Shown here in pieces: positions 45,532 through 57,200 of a DNA stretch of 64,000 bases (the first letter of the stretch is position 1; each line of letters opens with the position of its first letter). The notes beneath the pieces were generated by a model that was not told the origin of the DNA, did not search any database, and saw nothing but the letters and a program-made list of their open reading frames with translations. The translations under genes were made by a program, and so were the position numbers. The stretch is from Cyanidioschyzon merolae (lineage: Eukaryota). The stretch lies in the NCBI GenBank assembly GCA_000091205.1, contig AP006487.2, one strand, 5' to 3'.

Positions 45532-46224
45532 CTAGATTTTGTTGAAAGCGGCAATATCGACCGACTGAACAAGTTCCTCGAGGCCTTCGATTTCCTCTGT
45601 AATAATATCCGTTGACGGCACGAGATCGTCAATAATGGTCGCCATGATCTGCAGTTTTCGAACGCCGTAGCCAATCGGTACCAGTTTCGCAGCGCCCCAC
45701 GTTACGCCGTCAATCTGCAGTTGTCGTATCTTCGTCTCTAGCTCCTGCAGATCCGTTTCAGCCTCCCAGGGTTTCACGTCAAATACAACACTCGACTTGG
45801 CAACGGTCGCCTTGCCTTGCGCGGCCTTCGCAGCGTCTCGCTTCTCTTTCTCGCGCAGGGCAGCCTCGGCGCGCTCCTGTTGGCGTCGGTACGCCTCCGC
45901 GTCTGTCTCCTCGTCGTCAGAGGCGAACAGATCGTCCGCGTCAAACGCCGCTTCCTTAGATTCTGGCTCTTCTTCCACTATGCCGTCGGTATCTCCGGTC
46001 CAACGATCACGATCAGCCGCACTGAAAGAGGAGATGTGGCGGTACCAGCGCGACAGGTGCGGTAGTCCTGCGAGCGCGGTTGCCGGGCGTCGCGACAGAA
46101 TCGCAAACGCAGCTGCGTCTGCTTTTGAGGGCTGCACCCCGTTGATGTACGAGTGATCTGCAAGGTACTCGTTAAGAACCGCAAGACCAGCTGGGCTGTT
46201 AAGCTGTTTAAAGGAAGGTGCCAT
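45532..46224 (-). CDS. EF1B: Translation elongation factor 1-beta (EF1B guanine-nucleotide exchange subunit)
   Basis: The C-terminal GEF domain [80 protein letters not shown] matches EF1B. There is an N-terminal GST-like segment and an acidic central linker. The track start at 46278 is a TTG; the ATG is at 46224 ([10 protein letters not shown]), verified. Confidence 0.85.
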   Translation of the reverse strand: MAPSFKQLNSPAGLAVLNEYLADHSYINGVQPSKADAAAFAILSRRPATALAGLPHLSRWYRHISSFSAADRDRWTGDTDGIVEEEPESKEAAFDADDLFASDDEETDAEAYRRQQERAEAALREKEKRDAAKAAQGKATVAKSSVVFDVKPWEAETDLQELETKIRQLQIDGVTWGAAKLVPIGYGVRKLQIMATIIDDLVPSTDIITEEIEGLEELVQSVDIAAFNKI

Positions 46225-46693
46225 TTCACTTTCAGTGAGAGCGATTGGCGTGTTTCTTGCCCACCGCACTACGTCCAACGCAAAGCCTCTGAGGGATGGC
46301 GGCGGGGCGGGCGCAGCCGCCGGCGTCGCCGCGGAGCCGCCGCTGCTGCAGCGCGCGGGCGTCAGCTGGCAGAAAGAACGGCGGCAGCGCTGACTGCAGG
46401 ATGCGACTGAGCAGTGCTATCTGGTGGGTTACGTCTGCGATACCGGGTATCGAACGGGAGCGAATGCCACAGGACCTGTTCGAGCGACGAGGCAACGACA
46501 TAGTTTGCGGTGTCGAATGCGCGTTTATGGGCTCGATACACACTTCGACAGTCGGATGTGATCGGACTAGTACCGCAGGAGTGAGGCGTGCGGCCTCGAC
46601 GCCGCCCGAGCAGCATCTGTAACGTTCATTCGTGTCAATGCTACTGCGAATGCAAGTCCCTGGGATGCGAAAACGACCGCTTATCTATTCTAC
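46225..46693. promoter_or_regulatory. Putative bidirectional promoter region between the divergent EF1B (-) and aminotransferase (+) genes. A comparable divergent spacer lies at 41190-41673 between ABCD (-) and ATP11 (+)
   Basis: I infer this from gene orientation only: start codons face away from each other and are separated by ~0.47 kb. I identified no specific motif. Confidence 0.3.
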
Positions 46694-48328
46694 ATGAAGC
46701 GATGCGTTCACGCCCCAGATATCAGGGTCAGCGAAGCCGTGGAACGCGGATACGCCCAGAGTTGTTCCTGCGGCGGCACCCTTGGCGATGCTGGTGCTCG
46801 TGCGATAGGCGCAAGCAGCGGCGCGCTGGGTGTAGCAGCGGTACTGATGCGGGCTTCGCCACGTGTGCATCGCACGCCCCGGTACGTCCGAGAACATTCA
46901 GGCCGGGAAGCGGCTTGCCACCGTAGCTGGCAATCGTCTCTCGCGGAACTGCAAACTCGTGGTTCGATGGGGCCGACGGTCGCCACCATACCCCGCAAAC
47001 TGGTGGCGCTGGGTGCGAAACCTTCTGTGTGGCTTGAATTCACACCGCTCGCTGCTGCGCTACGCGCTGTGAACCTAGGTCAGGGCTTCCCCGACTGGGA
47101 GCCCCCAGCGTGGGTCGCTGGGGCTGCGAAAAACGCCGTTGCGGACCTGGCCCCAGAGACGCAGCAGTACGCGAGGTCACGGGGTCATCCGAGACTGTTG
47201 GAAACGATTGCGGACGTGTACGGACGCTTGCGCTTCCACGGCAGAAGGTTGGACCCGAATAGAAACGTGCTCGTCACGAACGGTGCATCTGGCGCCATTT
47301 ACCTAGCGATCTCTTGTTTGGTTGACGATGGCGACGAAGTGGTCGTATTCGAGCCCACTTTCGATATATATATGGGTGCCATTCGGTTGGCGGGCGGCAT
47401 TCCGCGCTGCGTGCCGCTGGTATGGCGAGCTCCTCCTCGTGCAAAGGTGGCGAACGAGGACGCGACCGAGCCCGCATCTTGTGCTGCGGACTGGTGCATC
47501 GACTGGGAGGCGCTGCGCGAGGCCATCGGACCAAGAACTCGTGTTCTGATGCTCAACACGCCGCACAATCCGCTTGGAAAAGTCCTGACTCGGAAGGAGC
47601 TTGAACAGCTGGCGGAGTTGGTCCATGCGCACCCGCAGGTCACGGTCGTGAGTGATGAAGTCTATGAGAATATTGTTTTCGAGGGGCGAGAGCATATTAG
47701 CTTCGGAACCTTGCCGCACATGTTTGATCGTTGCGTATCGATTTTCTCTGCAGGGAAAAACTTCAGCGTTACCGGATGGAAAATAGGATGGATGATTGGG
47801 CCAGAGGAACTCATTCAGCGTTTCCACGCGGCGCAGCAGTTTGTCGTATTTTCGGTATGTACGCCGATGCAGGTGGCCGTCGCCGAATGTCTAGCGGAGG
47901 CGGAACGTCGGCATTATTTCCGCGAACTGGCTGCGCTCTACCAGGAACGTCGGGACCAGTTGGTGGCGACGCTGCGTCAGAGCGGCCTTGATCCAATCGT
48001 TCCGCAAGGAGGCTACTTTGTCGTCGCGAATTTTGGGAAACTGCCTGGGTTTACCAACCAGTTTCCTGCGGCTTTGAGTGCACTTGAAGGCGGTAGGGTG
48101 CCAGGGCTTGAGATTGATGACGCAACGCGCCATCGAGCAGATTATAATTTTGCGCGCTGGCTCAGTTTCGAGTGCGGTGTAACGCCGATCCCGCTTTCGG
48201 CTTTCTTCTGCGAGCGGCATGCTGATCGGGCGAATACACTCGTTCGATTTGCTTTTTGCAAACAGTCTCAGGTTCTGGAAGAAGTATCTCGACGTCTGCA
48301 ACGATTCAGGGACATTTCGGGACGGTAA
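46694..48328 (+). CDS. Class I pyridoxal-phosphate aminotransferase, kynurenine aminotransferase / glutamine transaminase K (KAT/CCBL)-type
   Basis: NLGQGFPDWEPP, NVLVTNGASGAIYLAISCLVDDGDEVVVFEPTFDIYMGAIRLAGG, LNTPHNPLGKVLTRKELEQLAELV and SAGKNFSVTGWKIGWMIGP align closely to KAT-I (VNLGQGFPDFPPP, LNTPNNPLGKVFSREELE, SAGKTFSATGWKVGW). The ATG at 46694 was verified. An alternative shorter start is the ATG at 46967 (MGPTVATIPRK), which would make the first 91 aa a presequence or 5'UTR. Confidence 0.8.
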   Translation: MKRCVHAPDIRVSEAVERGYAQSCSCGGTLGDAGARAIGASSGALGVAAVLMRASPRVHRTPRYVREHSGREAACHRSWQSSLAELQTRGSMGPTVATIPRKLVALGAKPSVWLEFTPLAAALRAVNLGQGFPDWEPPAWVAGAAKNAVADLAPETQQYARSRGHPRLLETIADVYGRLRFHGRRLDPNRNVLVTNGASGAIYLAISCLVDDGDEVVVFEPTFDIYMGAIRLAGGIPRCVPLVWRAPPRAKVANEDATEPASCAADWCIDWEALREAIGPRTRVLMLNTPHNPLGKVLTRKELEQLAELVHAHPQVTVVSDEVYENIVFEGREHISFGTLPHMFDRCVSIFSAGKNFSVTGWKIGWMIGPEELIQRFHAAQQFVVFSVCTPMQVAVAECLAEAERRHYFRELAALYQERRDQLVATLRQSGLDPIVPQGGYFVVANFGKLPGFTNQFPAALSALEGGRVPGLEIDDATRHRADYNFARWLSFECGVTPIPLSAFFCERHADRANTLVRFAFCKQSQVLEEVSRRLQRFRDISGR

Positions 48329-49154
48329 CATGGGAAGCACGACCGCTTATGGCGAAGGAAGAGTAGACAGTGTTGCTTGGAGGATCGTTCAAGGATCTGC
48401 GATGGCGAAACCGCGGTTGTCTGGAACGTTTGCTTCAGGCTGTTCGGCGTTGACTGTGTTCCACAGCGGCATTCTTCGTTTTCATGGTGCCTGCGCCGCC
48501 GCAGCTGCTACCGTTGCGAAGTGCGCCCAGCGATGAAAGATGCGATCGCGCACGGAGACGATCCTGTGAATCCGCGAATCGCGCCAGCCGTGTCAGCGCC
48601 CACGTCCACCTGTTGTGAGTAGGCGTGCGGACGTTGAACAGAACGCCCCAAGAGACGTGCTGTTCACTCTGAACAGATTGTCGTCCGAACAGGTGTCCAG
48701 ACCTTGGAGAGAAGATCCCCACAGGTACTCGGCTCATCCTAAACGGACGTGCGTCCTAGGCCGCGGCATGATTGAATTTCGCGCCAGGCGATACAAGCAA
48801 TAGCACATTGTGCGGACACCGCTCTAATGCCGCGTGCTTCCTGCGATTGGGCGTTGCATGACGACTCGTGCCGATTTCCGTATACCTGGACCTGCGATGC
48901 GTCGTTGCCCATCACGACCTGCTGGGATGAATCTGGAACCGCGTGAACCGAGATGCAGCTGCTCTACAGCGGCTGCACTGAAGGACGCACCTGCCAGCGC
49001 TATGCGAAGCGTCACCTGTGTGGGGTCATCGTCCCGCGCACCGCCATCTATCCAGACAGTCGCCATGCGCACGCACAGCGGCCTTTCAGCGCGCGCTGTC
49101 CCGGGCATTGAACGTCACGCAGGCATACACGTGTCCCTTCAACGACATGCATGC

Positions 49155-51398
49155 CTACGGGCACGCATGTTGAATCACGACATCCGAGTACCGACGCTGA
49201 ACGAGTTCAGCTTCGGATCTGCTCTGAACGAGTATCCAGATTGAGCGTATCTCCCGTGTATGGAGACAGAGGCGCCAGGGCGTGTGATTTGCATCCGCAT
49301 CAGATGCTTGTCGCGAATCACGGGGCCAGAGCACTGGTGTGCGTCCGATGACAACGCCACGAGCGGCATCGAGCACGGTTACCACTGCTGAGGTTCGGGC
49401 TGCGTGCAATCGTCCGCGACGATGGCGGATCAGGACTTCATCTCGCAGTTGCCAGCTGCTGCAGAGACAAAGTTCCCCCTTTGAGACATCGTCCCGCGGG
49501 ATGTCCACTCGATATGCGCACTGCGCGGGGAGCGATACGGAGCTGAAGTTGGAGCTGGAGCTGGAGCCGGAGCCGCTGTTTGGCCTATGTTCGAGCAGAT
49601 CGAGGTCGCTTCTGCGCGCTGCAGCGCGACTCGTGTGGCGTTCCTGGATCTTGGCGATCGAGCAATTCGCGCCTGCGTTCAGCGCGACGACTTCCCGGAG
49701 AAATCCCCCCGTGAGCAGTGCTCCGAGTTCAACGCAGTACTTGCAACTATTCATGCTCACGGGCAATCGCAGATAGACGCCGGCAGTGACCCCAGGGTAC
49801 ACCAGGTCCGACGGGTCTATCTCTGGGAGACGGCTTGTCTGCAGTATGCCGAAAGCTTCGCGCCAAACATAGACACCGCTCTGGTTAATGGAAATCGTCT
49901 GGTGAACGGGAGCAAGCATGATATCCGGATCCCCGGTCCCAATGATTGACGTCTCAACTGTGACGAGGACACTCGATCCACCTAGGAAGTAGTGTGGTGC
50001 CAGAAGCGAGCCCCATGGAGCGATCGAGAGTTTCGGTTTGTCCTTCTCGAGCGCGAGCACGTCGCGAAGCAGGTTCACGGACCCGAAGCCCCCGGGATCG
50101 CGCTCCAAAAACGCAATCACATTCCTGAGACCAGCGTCCGGCGTTCGTCCATGAGCGGGCCTGTATGTCGTGAACGCATCCACAAGGTCTCGCGCGAACA
50201 GAATCCCATCGACGGACTGGTCGGTTTTACGCACGTGCGACCACGTCTGGTTCAGCGAGTACATCGATATTCGTTTTGCTGACGAGATGCAAAGATTCAG
50301 ATGCGCGCCAACGTAAATGACCCGCTCAATGCCTCGTCCTTCGAGGACAGCAACGAGCTCCACGAGATCGTCGGCAACGAGAACATCATTCTCGGGATCC
50401 ACGTCCAGGAGCGGGTGCAGGGCCGACCAACCGTACTGCTCCTCGCATCGTTCTTGCGGGTCCGCCGAGCACATGCAGCCGGCAGGCCGGGGTAGGACGC
50501 GAGTGCGTCTCGCCGCCTCGTACGCCATGTCCACGATGCTGGTGGTAGCACGTAGGGCGTCCAGCTTAGCTCTTGTCGTGTAGCGTCGGGCGTTATCCCG
50601 CATGCGCCGCTCTCCGGCATTGCCTCGTTGCTCTAGAAATGCGACGATGTCTGTGGGGGCATGGATGACCAGCATGCCACGTTTCCGCGCCTCTCGGAGA
50701 GCAAGATTCAACGGTGGAATAAGCAACCGCTCTATTCTGGATGCTGCGGTCTTGCACCAGTGGGTGTCCCACAGGTCGACTACAATCAATGCCATCCGAT
50801 CGTAGCGCTCCTGTACATAATGCTCTCGTGCGATAATGTTCGGGTTCGAGGCCACACCCCAGCCATCGTCTGCGAACCATGTCGCGTCCATTGCGGTTGC
50901 CATTGGGTCGCTCGCTGGGCCCGGCATCCCAGAGGCCAGTCTTGCAGTATCCACGAACGACTGTCGCAGCGCACGGCGGCGAACAGGAAATGTGGCTATG
51001 CGCCTTGGATAGAGCAGCGGCGCCTGCTCGTCATCCAGCAGCGCTGTGTGATGAGACAAGTCTTGCGACCAGTACGCAGCGTGGACGGCTTTCATCAGCC
51101 CCGCGGTACCTGATCTCGAAGCATCAACTGCATCCGCAAAGTCGTAAACGAATTGGTTGTGAGAATGACCGTTTCGTGATTGGGCAAGCGCTAAAACAAA
51201 CGCTGATGGCGGTTGAAGCGATCCTCGGTACCAGAGCGCAAACCGACGATTCAGGGCGAGTGAGCGCGCGACCAACGCCAGTCCAAGAACAAAGCAAACG
51301 ACAGCACATAGGAAACAAGCAAGCACCCGGAACTTGTTACGCAGGCTCGTACTTCGGACTCTAAAGGGGTTCACTGGCCTCCGTGCTGGTTCTTGCAT
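49155..51398 (-). CDS. Signal-anchored (type II) membrane protein with an isochorismatase-like cysteine-hydrolase domain and an unrecognised C-terminal domain
   Basis: I infer the start at the ATG at 51398 (MQEPARRP...), followed by the TM segment FRVLACFLCAVVCFVLGLALV. Isochorismatase-like blocks: MALIVVDLWDTHWC and GIERVIYVGAHLNLCISSAKR...VDGILFARDLVDA. The track ORF extends to 51800 only because the frame stays open through the upstream 100-bp repeat. Confidence 0.5.
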   Translation of the reverse strand: MQEPARRPVNPFRVRSTSLRNKFRVLACFLCAVVCFVLGLALVARSLALNRRFALWYRGSLQPPSAFVLALAQSRNGHSHNQFVYDFADAVDASRSGTAGLMKAVHAAYWSQDLSHHTALLDDEQAPLLYPRRIATFPVRRRALRQSFVDTARLASGMPGPASDPMATAMDATWFADDGWGVASNPNIIAREHYVQERYDRMALIVVDLWDTHWCKTAASRIERLLIPPLNLALREARKRGMLVIHAPTDIVAFLEQRGNAGERRMRDNARRYTTRAKLDALRATTSIVDMAYEAARRTRVLPRPAGCMCSADPQERCEEQYGWSALHPLLDVDPENDVLVADDLVELVAVLEGRGIERVIYVGAHLNLCISSAKRISMYSLNQTWSHVRKTDQSVDGILFARDLVDAFTTYRPAHGRTPDAGLRNVIAFLERDPGGFGSVNLLRDVLALEKDKPKLSIAPWGSLLAPHYFLGGSSVLVTVETSIIGTGDPDIMLAPVHQTISINQSGVYVWREAFGILQTSRLPEIDPSDLVYPGVTAGVYLRLPVSMNSCKYCVELGALLTGGFLREVVALNAGANCSIAKIQERHTSRAAARRSDLDLLEHRPNSGSGSSSSSNFSSVSLPAQCAYRVDIPRDDVSKGELCLCSSWQLRDEVLIRHRRGRLHAARTSAVVTVLDAARGVVIGRTPVLWPRDSRQASDADANHTPWRLCLHTREIRSIWILVQSRSEAELVQRRYSDVVIQHACP

Positions 51399-51488
51399 AA
51401 GCCCAGAGGGCGTTTGCGCTTTTCGAAAGGCGAATCGAAGCCAAAATAGGCGGCGCGAGGATCGTGGCGGCGGCCGTTTCCTACCAGG

Positions 51489-51788
51489 TTCGAACCGCGC
51501 CCCTGTTTGTATACAAGGATATCGGAATACGAGGAAACGAGTACATGAAGCGAACCGGCGTGTACTTTCTGATGTTTGAGTCTCTTTCTTCGAACCGCGC
51601 CCCTGTTTGTATACAAGGATATCGAAATACGAGGAAACGAGTACATGAAGCGAACCGGGGTGTACTTTCTGATGTTTGAGTCTCTTTCTTCGAACCGCGC
51701 CCCTGTTTGTATACAAGGATATCGAAATACGAGGAAACGAGTACATGAAGCGAACCGGGGTGTACTTTCTGATGTTTGAGTCTCTTTC
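51489..51788. repeat. Tandem repeat, 100-bp unit x 3 copies, immediately 5' of the isochorismatase-like gene
   Basis: The unit ttcgaaccgcgcccctgtttgtatacaaggatatcg(g/a)aatacgaggaaacgagtacatgaagcgaaccgg(c/g)gtgtactttctgatgtttgagtctctttc starts at 51489, 51589 and 51689. Several track ORFs (51371..51646, 51464..51679, 51576..51779) are translations of this repeat. Confidence 0.85.
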
Positions 51789-53169
51789 CATTTTTATCAA
51801 CAGTAGCCTTTTCGGGATTTTTCTTTGAATGCTTGCTTTTCCGCTCCGTTGTTTTCGGATTTTGAAAGCACTCGCCGGGTGCGTCCGGTGAGCTACGTTT
51901 TCATCAGTCCAAGAGTGTTGATAGCAGCGATCATGAGACAGTTTTCGACGACTCCAGCTGCTTCAGCGTATTGCATACGCAGGTGGTGGTTGCGATGTAC
52001 GCTTCGTCTGCCATTTTCGTTTGCTCTCTTGACAGCGTCAGAGCGCTTTTCTCAGCGGTGATAATTGACTATGCACGGGTCTTCTCATATGCCCATAACG
52101 TATAGTTCTCTGGGCGCCATCTGGTGCCTCGTGATGGCTTGCTTCATCGTCTGGTATATGCCTCTGGTGGCTGCCGAAAGTCTCCCTGGATGCCCTCCAC
52201 CGTTTCTGCGCTCAGTGCCGGACACAACGATCACGGGGATCATCTGGGCAATGCCCCAGCGAGTGCACTGTCCACAGCACGGGCAAGTGCACAATCGTTC
52301 ATTCGATAGAGGATTTGCGGAACTCGATGTTTTCCATGGCGAAACAAGCACCAGACGGGAAATCCTGGCCAGAGAACAAGCCGATAGCAATCGATCAGAG
52401 AACGATCCGTACTTGCAAATCGGTGACGCATTTCGACTCGAAGCGACCGCTGCAATGGCTCGTGTCCGAGTTCGAGACCGTTTTCCATGAAAATAGAAGA
52501 GATGGAAGCGTCTGGGAGCATATCCCATGAGAGGTGCAATGCAGCTGTTGATTGCCGCTTCGTCAATCGCCTGGAAGACAGAAGAATTTATCTTTCGATC
52601 AGATTAGATTATGTAACGTGACGAGTTTAGTGAACGGCCAACAAAGGCCTCTGAACAAGTCATCGATGGATAACGTCGATGCTTTTTTCATAGTCCATTC
52701 AGGGGCGCGAGTTGCAGTCAGTGGGCGTCGCCTTGACATAGAAAGATCGAACACTTAAAGCATGTGCGAGTCGAGGACACTAAACGTAAGGAACGGGAAA
52801 GAGTGCAAGTTTATACGTATGCGCCGGACAATGATACCATTCAGTCTACGAACCCCTGTTCAAGGGTATCCTCAATCATTTTGATTCTGTTGACGTAAAC
52901 CAGGAGCAGAGCGTTGAATATCCTACTCTGTAAAGACGACCGAGCATCCCTAAGCTCGTTTACATCTGTTGACTTTTATTGCTCCGCTTCAGGTGTCGAA
53001 GCAGTACATCAAAAAAAAAATAGAGTTCGGAAGAAACATTGCAAGGCAGCAACCGAGCGCATCGTCCACTGCTGTCTTTAGATTTGACGCAGACGAGACC
53101 AGTCTTTGCGAGCTGGACGCTACGAGTGGACGTTCCGTTTCAGGGAGGTGTACAAGCGCTTTGAAAGCG

Positions 53170-54228
53170 ATGCAGGGCTGTCAGGTTTGTGTTTGTTTTG
53201 GTACCGGGCCTCGTCTGGTACGAGTTCTGAGCAGTTGTTCTACAAAGACTGGTGCGGTTTGGCTGCGAGCAAACTTGCTCGGATCCCGGTTGGCAAGCGC
53301 GTTTGCACGCGTGAATACCACAGCAGCTCGACTAGCGGGTCGTAGGAGGCCACATAGGTCTATGCAGCGTTCCTGGTTGCTGCTGAAGGACCCCGGTCAT
53401 GAGCGTACACGACCAGAGAGAAGTAGCGTTGGCGCTTGGTATAGCCGACCGTCTGCGGCGGTTGAGCGTGGAGGCGGTTTCTACGTTCCCGGTCTGGACG
53501 GGCCACAGCTGCGGTTTCTGCTCGGACTGACGTGCTTGTTCCTGTTGGCGCTCAATCATTTTGTCTCAGCTGACGGCGTAGACTGGGACGTGCTGGGACA
53601 ATGGTCTGCGCTGCGCACCAGTGAACTGCTGGCAACGGCTGCAGCTGTGAGCCTGGTGAGTGTTGCACGGCTGGAGGCCAGCGCTACCAGACAGCGCGAA
53701 TCCGCAGCCGAAACGCGCACAGAGTTACCTTTCGCCACTGATGATTTCGCCAAAGGCGACACAGCGCCAGCTCCCATCTCAGATGCGACCGGTTTGAACT
53801 TTCTCGTCCGAGCTCTCGCAAACCTGCTAGAGATACGTGTGCCAATTGTAATCGTTCTAGTGAACGGTGCGAATGGTGAAATCAGGCTTTTGCATGCTTC
53901 TCGCGACGTGGCGCTAGCGGTGCGCGCAGAGGCTGCAGTGACTGGTGCATCAACGCGAGTCCACGACTATGGCGAGATCGTCGCGCGAGTCCTTGAGGCA
54001 CAGCGTGGTATTTGCATAGCTAACTTGGAAGAATTGCCCCCTGAGGTATGTTTTCCTTTTCTGGAACCAGGGCGACCTGGTGGGGCCATAGTAGAACCGC
54101 TGAGGGGATCCAGCGGCTCGCCTGTTCAGCGACTCGGATCAGGCGATTGGCTCCTCGTGATTGCGACCCCGATCCCAGCAGCGCTGACCAATACTGATTA
54201 TCGATGGGTCCGGGCGTTGTGCCACTAG
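53170..54228 (+). CDS. Hypothetical protein with one predicted TM helix; possibly organelle-targeted. The start is uncertain
   Basis: It is a long ORF with coding-like composition. The hydrophobic helix LRFLLGLTCLFLLALNHFV precedes a ~250 aa soluble domain. I recognise no homology. The track start at 52969 is a TTG; the first ATG is at 53170. Confidence 0.3.
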   Translation: MQGCQVCVCFGTGPRLVRVLSSCSTKTGAVWLRANLLGSRLASAFARVNTTAARLAGRRRPHRSMQRSWLLLKDPGHERTRPERSSVGAWYSRPSAAVERGGGFYVPGLDGPQLRFLLGLTCLFLLALNHFVSADGVDWDVLGQWSALRTSELLATAAAVSLVSVARLEASATRQRESAAETRTELPFATDDFAKGDTAPAPISDATGLNFLVRALANLLEIRVPIVIVLVNGANGEIRLLHASRDVALAVRAEAAVTGASTRVHDYGEIVARVLEAQRGICIANLEELPPEVCFPFLEPGRPGGAIVEPLRGSSGSPVQRLGSGDWLLVIATPIPAALTNTDYRWVRALCH

Positions 54229-57200
54229 CTTACGAACGCAAAGGGATACGGGGCGTTGACGACCCCCAGTGAGTTCTGGAGTTGTCAGAGAGGATTCCGC
54301 AGACTCTTCAGAGTCCAGACTTGTTTTCGGGCCGTAAGACGCATCCCATGCGCGCATCCGGGCCTGGGTGCTCGTCGCCCGGTCTTTTGGGGTGTTCATG
54401 ACCAGCGTTGCACCAAAGAGGGCGACATTCATGACTGCAATTTGTCTGGTTTTTTCGACTCGGCGGTACGCTGGAGTAAGGACTTGTCTGTGGGATTCCA
54501 GCCGTTGACCCCGATTGCAGCTGCGCTCAAAGGCGATGTGAGCGCTCAGAGCGGAGCTCGCGTGCTCGTTAACTGCGAAAAATGCTTCCGGATGCGTGCT
54601 CGGTGCTCTACACCGGTGTCAGGTTAAACTGGAACACAAAACTGCACGATGTGTTCTCGAACAGTCGTTTTGTTTCGGAATTTTTTTTAAATGTACAGGT
54701 TCAAAATTCGACGTGGAGCGATAAGCATTCACGGATTCTTGCATGGAGCTAGGATTCTCGGTCAGTTTTTTGGAGTGGCCGTTTCGACGCTTACTGCTGG
54801 AATCGATTGCGTCACTAGAATCAAGGCGATTCGCGACGTTCTCGAACAAGGCTTCGTTAAATATCTGATATCAGTCTCCGATGCATCCGTAAAATCTCCT
54901 CTCTTCTCTCTTGCTTGTGTGTAGCATTTCCGAGTCACGCATTCTTCAAGCTTACATTCTTTCTGTATTACGGCAACTTGTGAGCGCAGCAATTCGCGCG
55001 GCTGGATGTATGAGAAACATCATTGACTGCGCCTTGGCGACTTTTTCAAACACTGATGCCGACACTTCACGGAAAGTTTCACATCAAAAAATCGAATCCA
55101 GTAGGAAGGCATATCCTCATGTCTCTGTAACCATCGACGAAACGGCATACGACAGCAGCATGAAAGCGCGCACGGATATGCCTCCAGAAGCTCCAGTCGC
55201 CTCCTTCGGTGAGAACACGTCTCGGATCCAGGCTGTAGCGACTGCAACAATCGCTTCCGGTGAAGCGTACGTCGCCGCTTTGCGACAAGGGAGCGTTGTC
55301 GAATCGGCATTTCTCGACTTGATATCCAGGTTGCATTCACTTTTCGGGACTTGTTTTATCGTGGAACGCTTGGCGTTCCACAAAACCTCTATCTAATGGA
55401 ACAGCGTGCGCCTGTGTGTGCTGCACAAGGAATATTCGTAGAGGTGTCGGCCAGAAGAAGCCTGTGATCATAGGATTCGGTATCGGGCGCTAAAACTGCG
55501 GATGCAATAGAGGCGAGCCCTCTGTATTCGCCAAGGGCATGTACCAGGGAGTTAAGCAAGCGTTCGCACACCACTGCGCGGCGCCTGGTGGTGGAGGTAT
55601 ACTAGAAATACGGGAACACGAGGTAACATCCAAGTGTCGCTGCTATTAAGAGCGTACAGAGGCGCTTGACGAACAAGTCATGTATGGCAAGCGAAGCATA
55701 GACCGAATGTATCATCTACGCGTGAGATGCGACCCCAACAGCTATTAGCTGTGAACGCAGAAATATACCCCTCCAGTCAACATCCTGCGTCTGATTCAAA
55801 CGGTACGGGATCGATAAGAGAGACTGGTGTATGTAAAGCCAAATCTACAAGGACACAAGACGAAGCTGTAGCCGAATACTCCGCAACGGCTGTTTTTCAT
55901 GATACGCGGGAGAAACCGAACCTTTAGCGGGTGCGGAAGCGTTAAGGGATCCGTCCTATTTTATTCCGGCGCGAGCGTATGGCTACGACCTGCACCGTCT
56001 CTCGTCCGCTACCAGTACCAGCGCGGGTGGCATTACTAATGGTATACAGAGCATGTAGCCGGATGCACCAAGACTGACGATTTATGGCATGCTTTGATGA
56101 ATACGCAAATGTTGTGACGAATGACACCAAAGCCCGCGGCTTGTGTCGACATGCGGCACGCTGCTACTTGCGTGGTGTGTGGAACCCCAGCTCCCAGCCT
56201 CAGCTCGAACCGCATCTGAAATGGAAGCTCCCAGAAACGCCCGAAGCTATGATGCATATGGCTCAGGAGTCGATGCCGGAATGCCGACCTACCTGGTGAA
56301 GAGATTCCACAGCCATCAGTGTGGCAGTGTTTCTCGGTAGCTGCTCGTACTGGTCGCGTGCAGGCACTGTGGCCCCCGCAAGCCCTGCATGCAAAGCGTA
56401 TAAGACCAAAGGGTTGGCTTCAACGTTACCTGTATGGATAAGAGGTGCGCTTTCTGAGTTTCCAGTACCCAGCGATCTTCCTGGATCGCGTGGCGACATG
56501 ACAGTCCCGCGTTTCGCTTGTGATGATCAGATGATCGGTTGAGTCGTGATGCACAGGACGTCGGAAAAACGCGTTGCGAAATGCTCGCCATCAGAGAAAA
56601 CTAGAATCTTCCGTGTTACAAAAGGCATGAAGCCGATCGATATGTCCTCGCTTCAAATTCCGGAAGTTTGGATACGAACGTCTGCTGTGCGTCTGCATTC
56701 GCCGGAATCGGGTGTTTAGCCTAAAGCGTTCCGGGAAATGCCATGGCAGCGAAGGACAGCTCGTCAAGAGCCTACGGAACGTTGAAGCCGCCATACAGCG
56801 AGGATGCTGCTCTTCAACCTGGTTAATAGGCAGCACTCGCGCATCCAGAAAATTTTGGTGAGCATGATAGATTTTACATCGTTAGTGACTGCCATTGGAG
56901 ACGCGTTGTCAGTCTGTTTCTCATTTTCCGCCAACGGAAATCACGTGAAACGCATCAGCAAGGATCGCAAACTGCTTCAGGGAACACAGAGCAAGTCTGC
57001 TTCTTGTTTGACGACAAGGCACGGCATGTACATCGCTTTCGCAAGTTTTTTCATACACATTTGATGACCCGGTATGTCGAAGAGATCACCAGCAAGCTGC
57101 ACATGGACAGGTACCAGCATCCTCTTTCATGGTTTGGCCGCTCTGAAAACGATACGGAGCCTAGAACATGCGAAAAACATGTACCCGTTGCAGTTTCCTA

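Noticed and set aside
51371-51779. Short ORFs MYSFPRISISLYTNRGAVRRKRLKHQKVH... reported three times in the track
   Set aside because: They are translations of the 100-bp tandem repeat in different registers. They are artefacts of the repeat, not genes.
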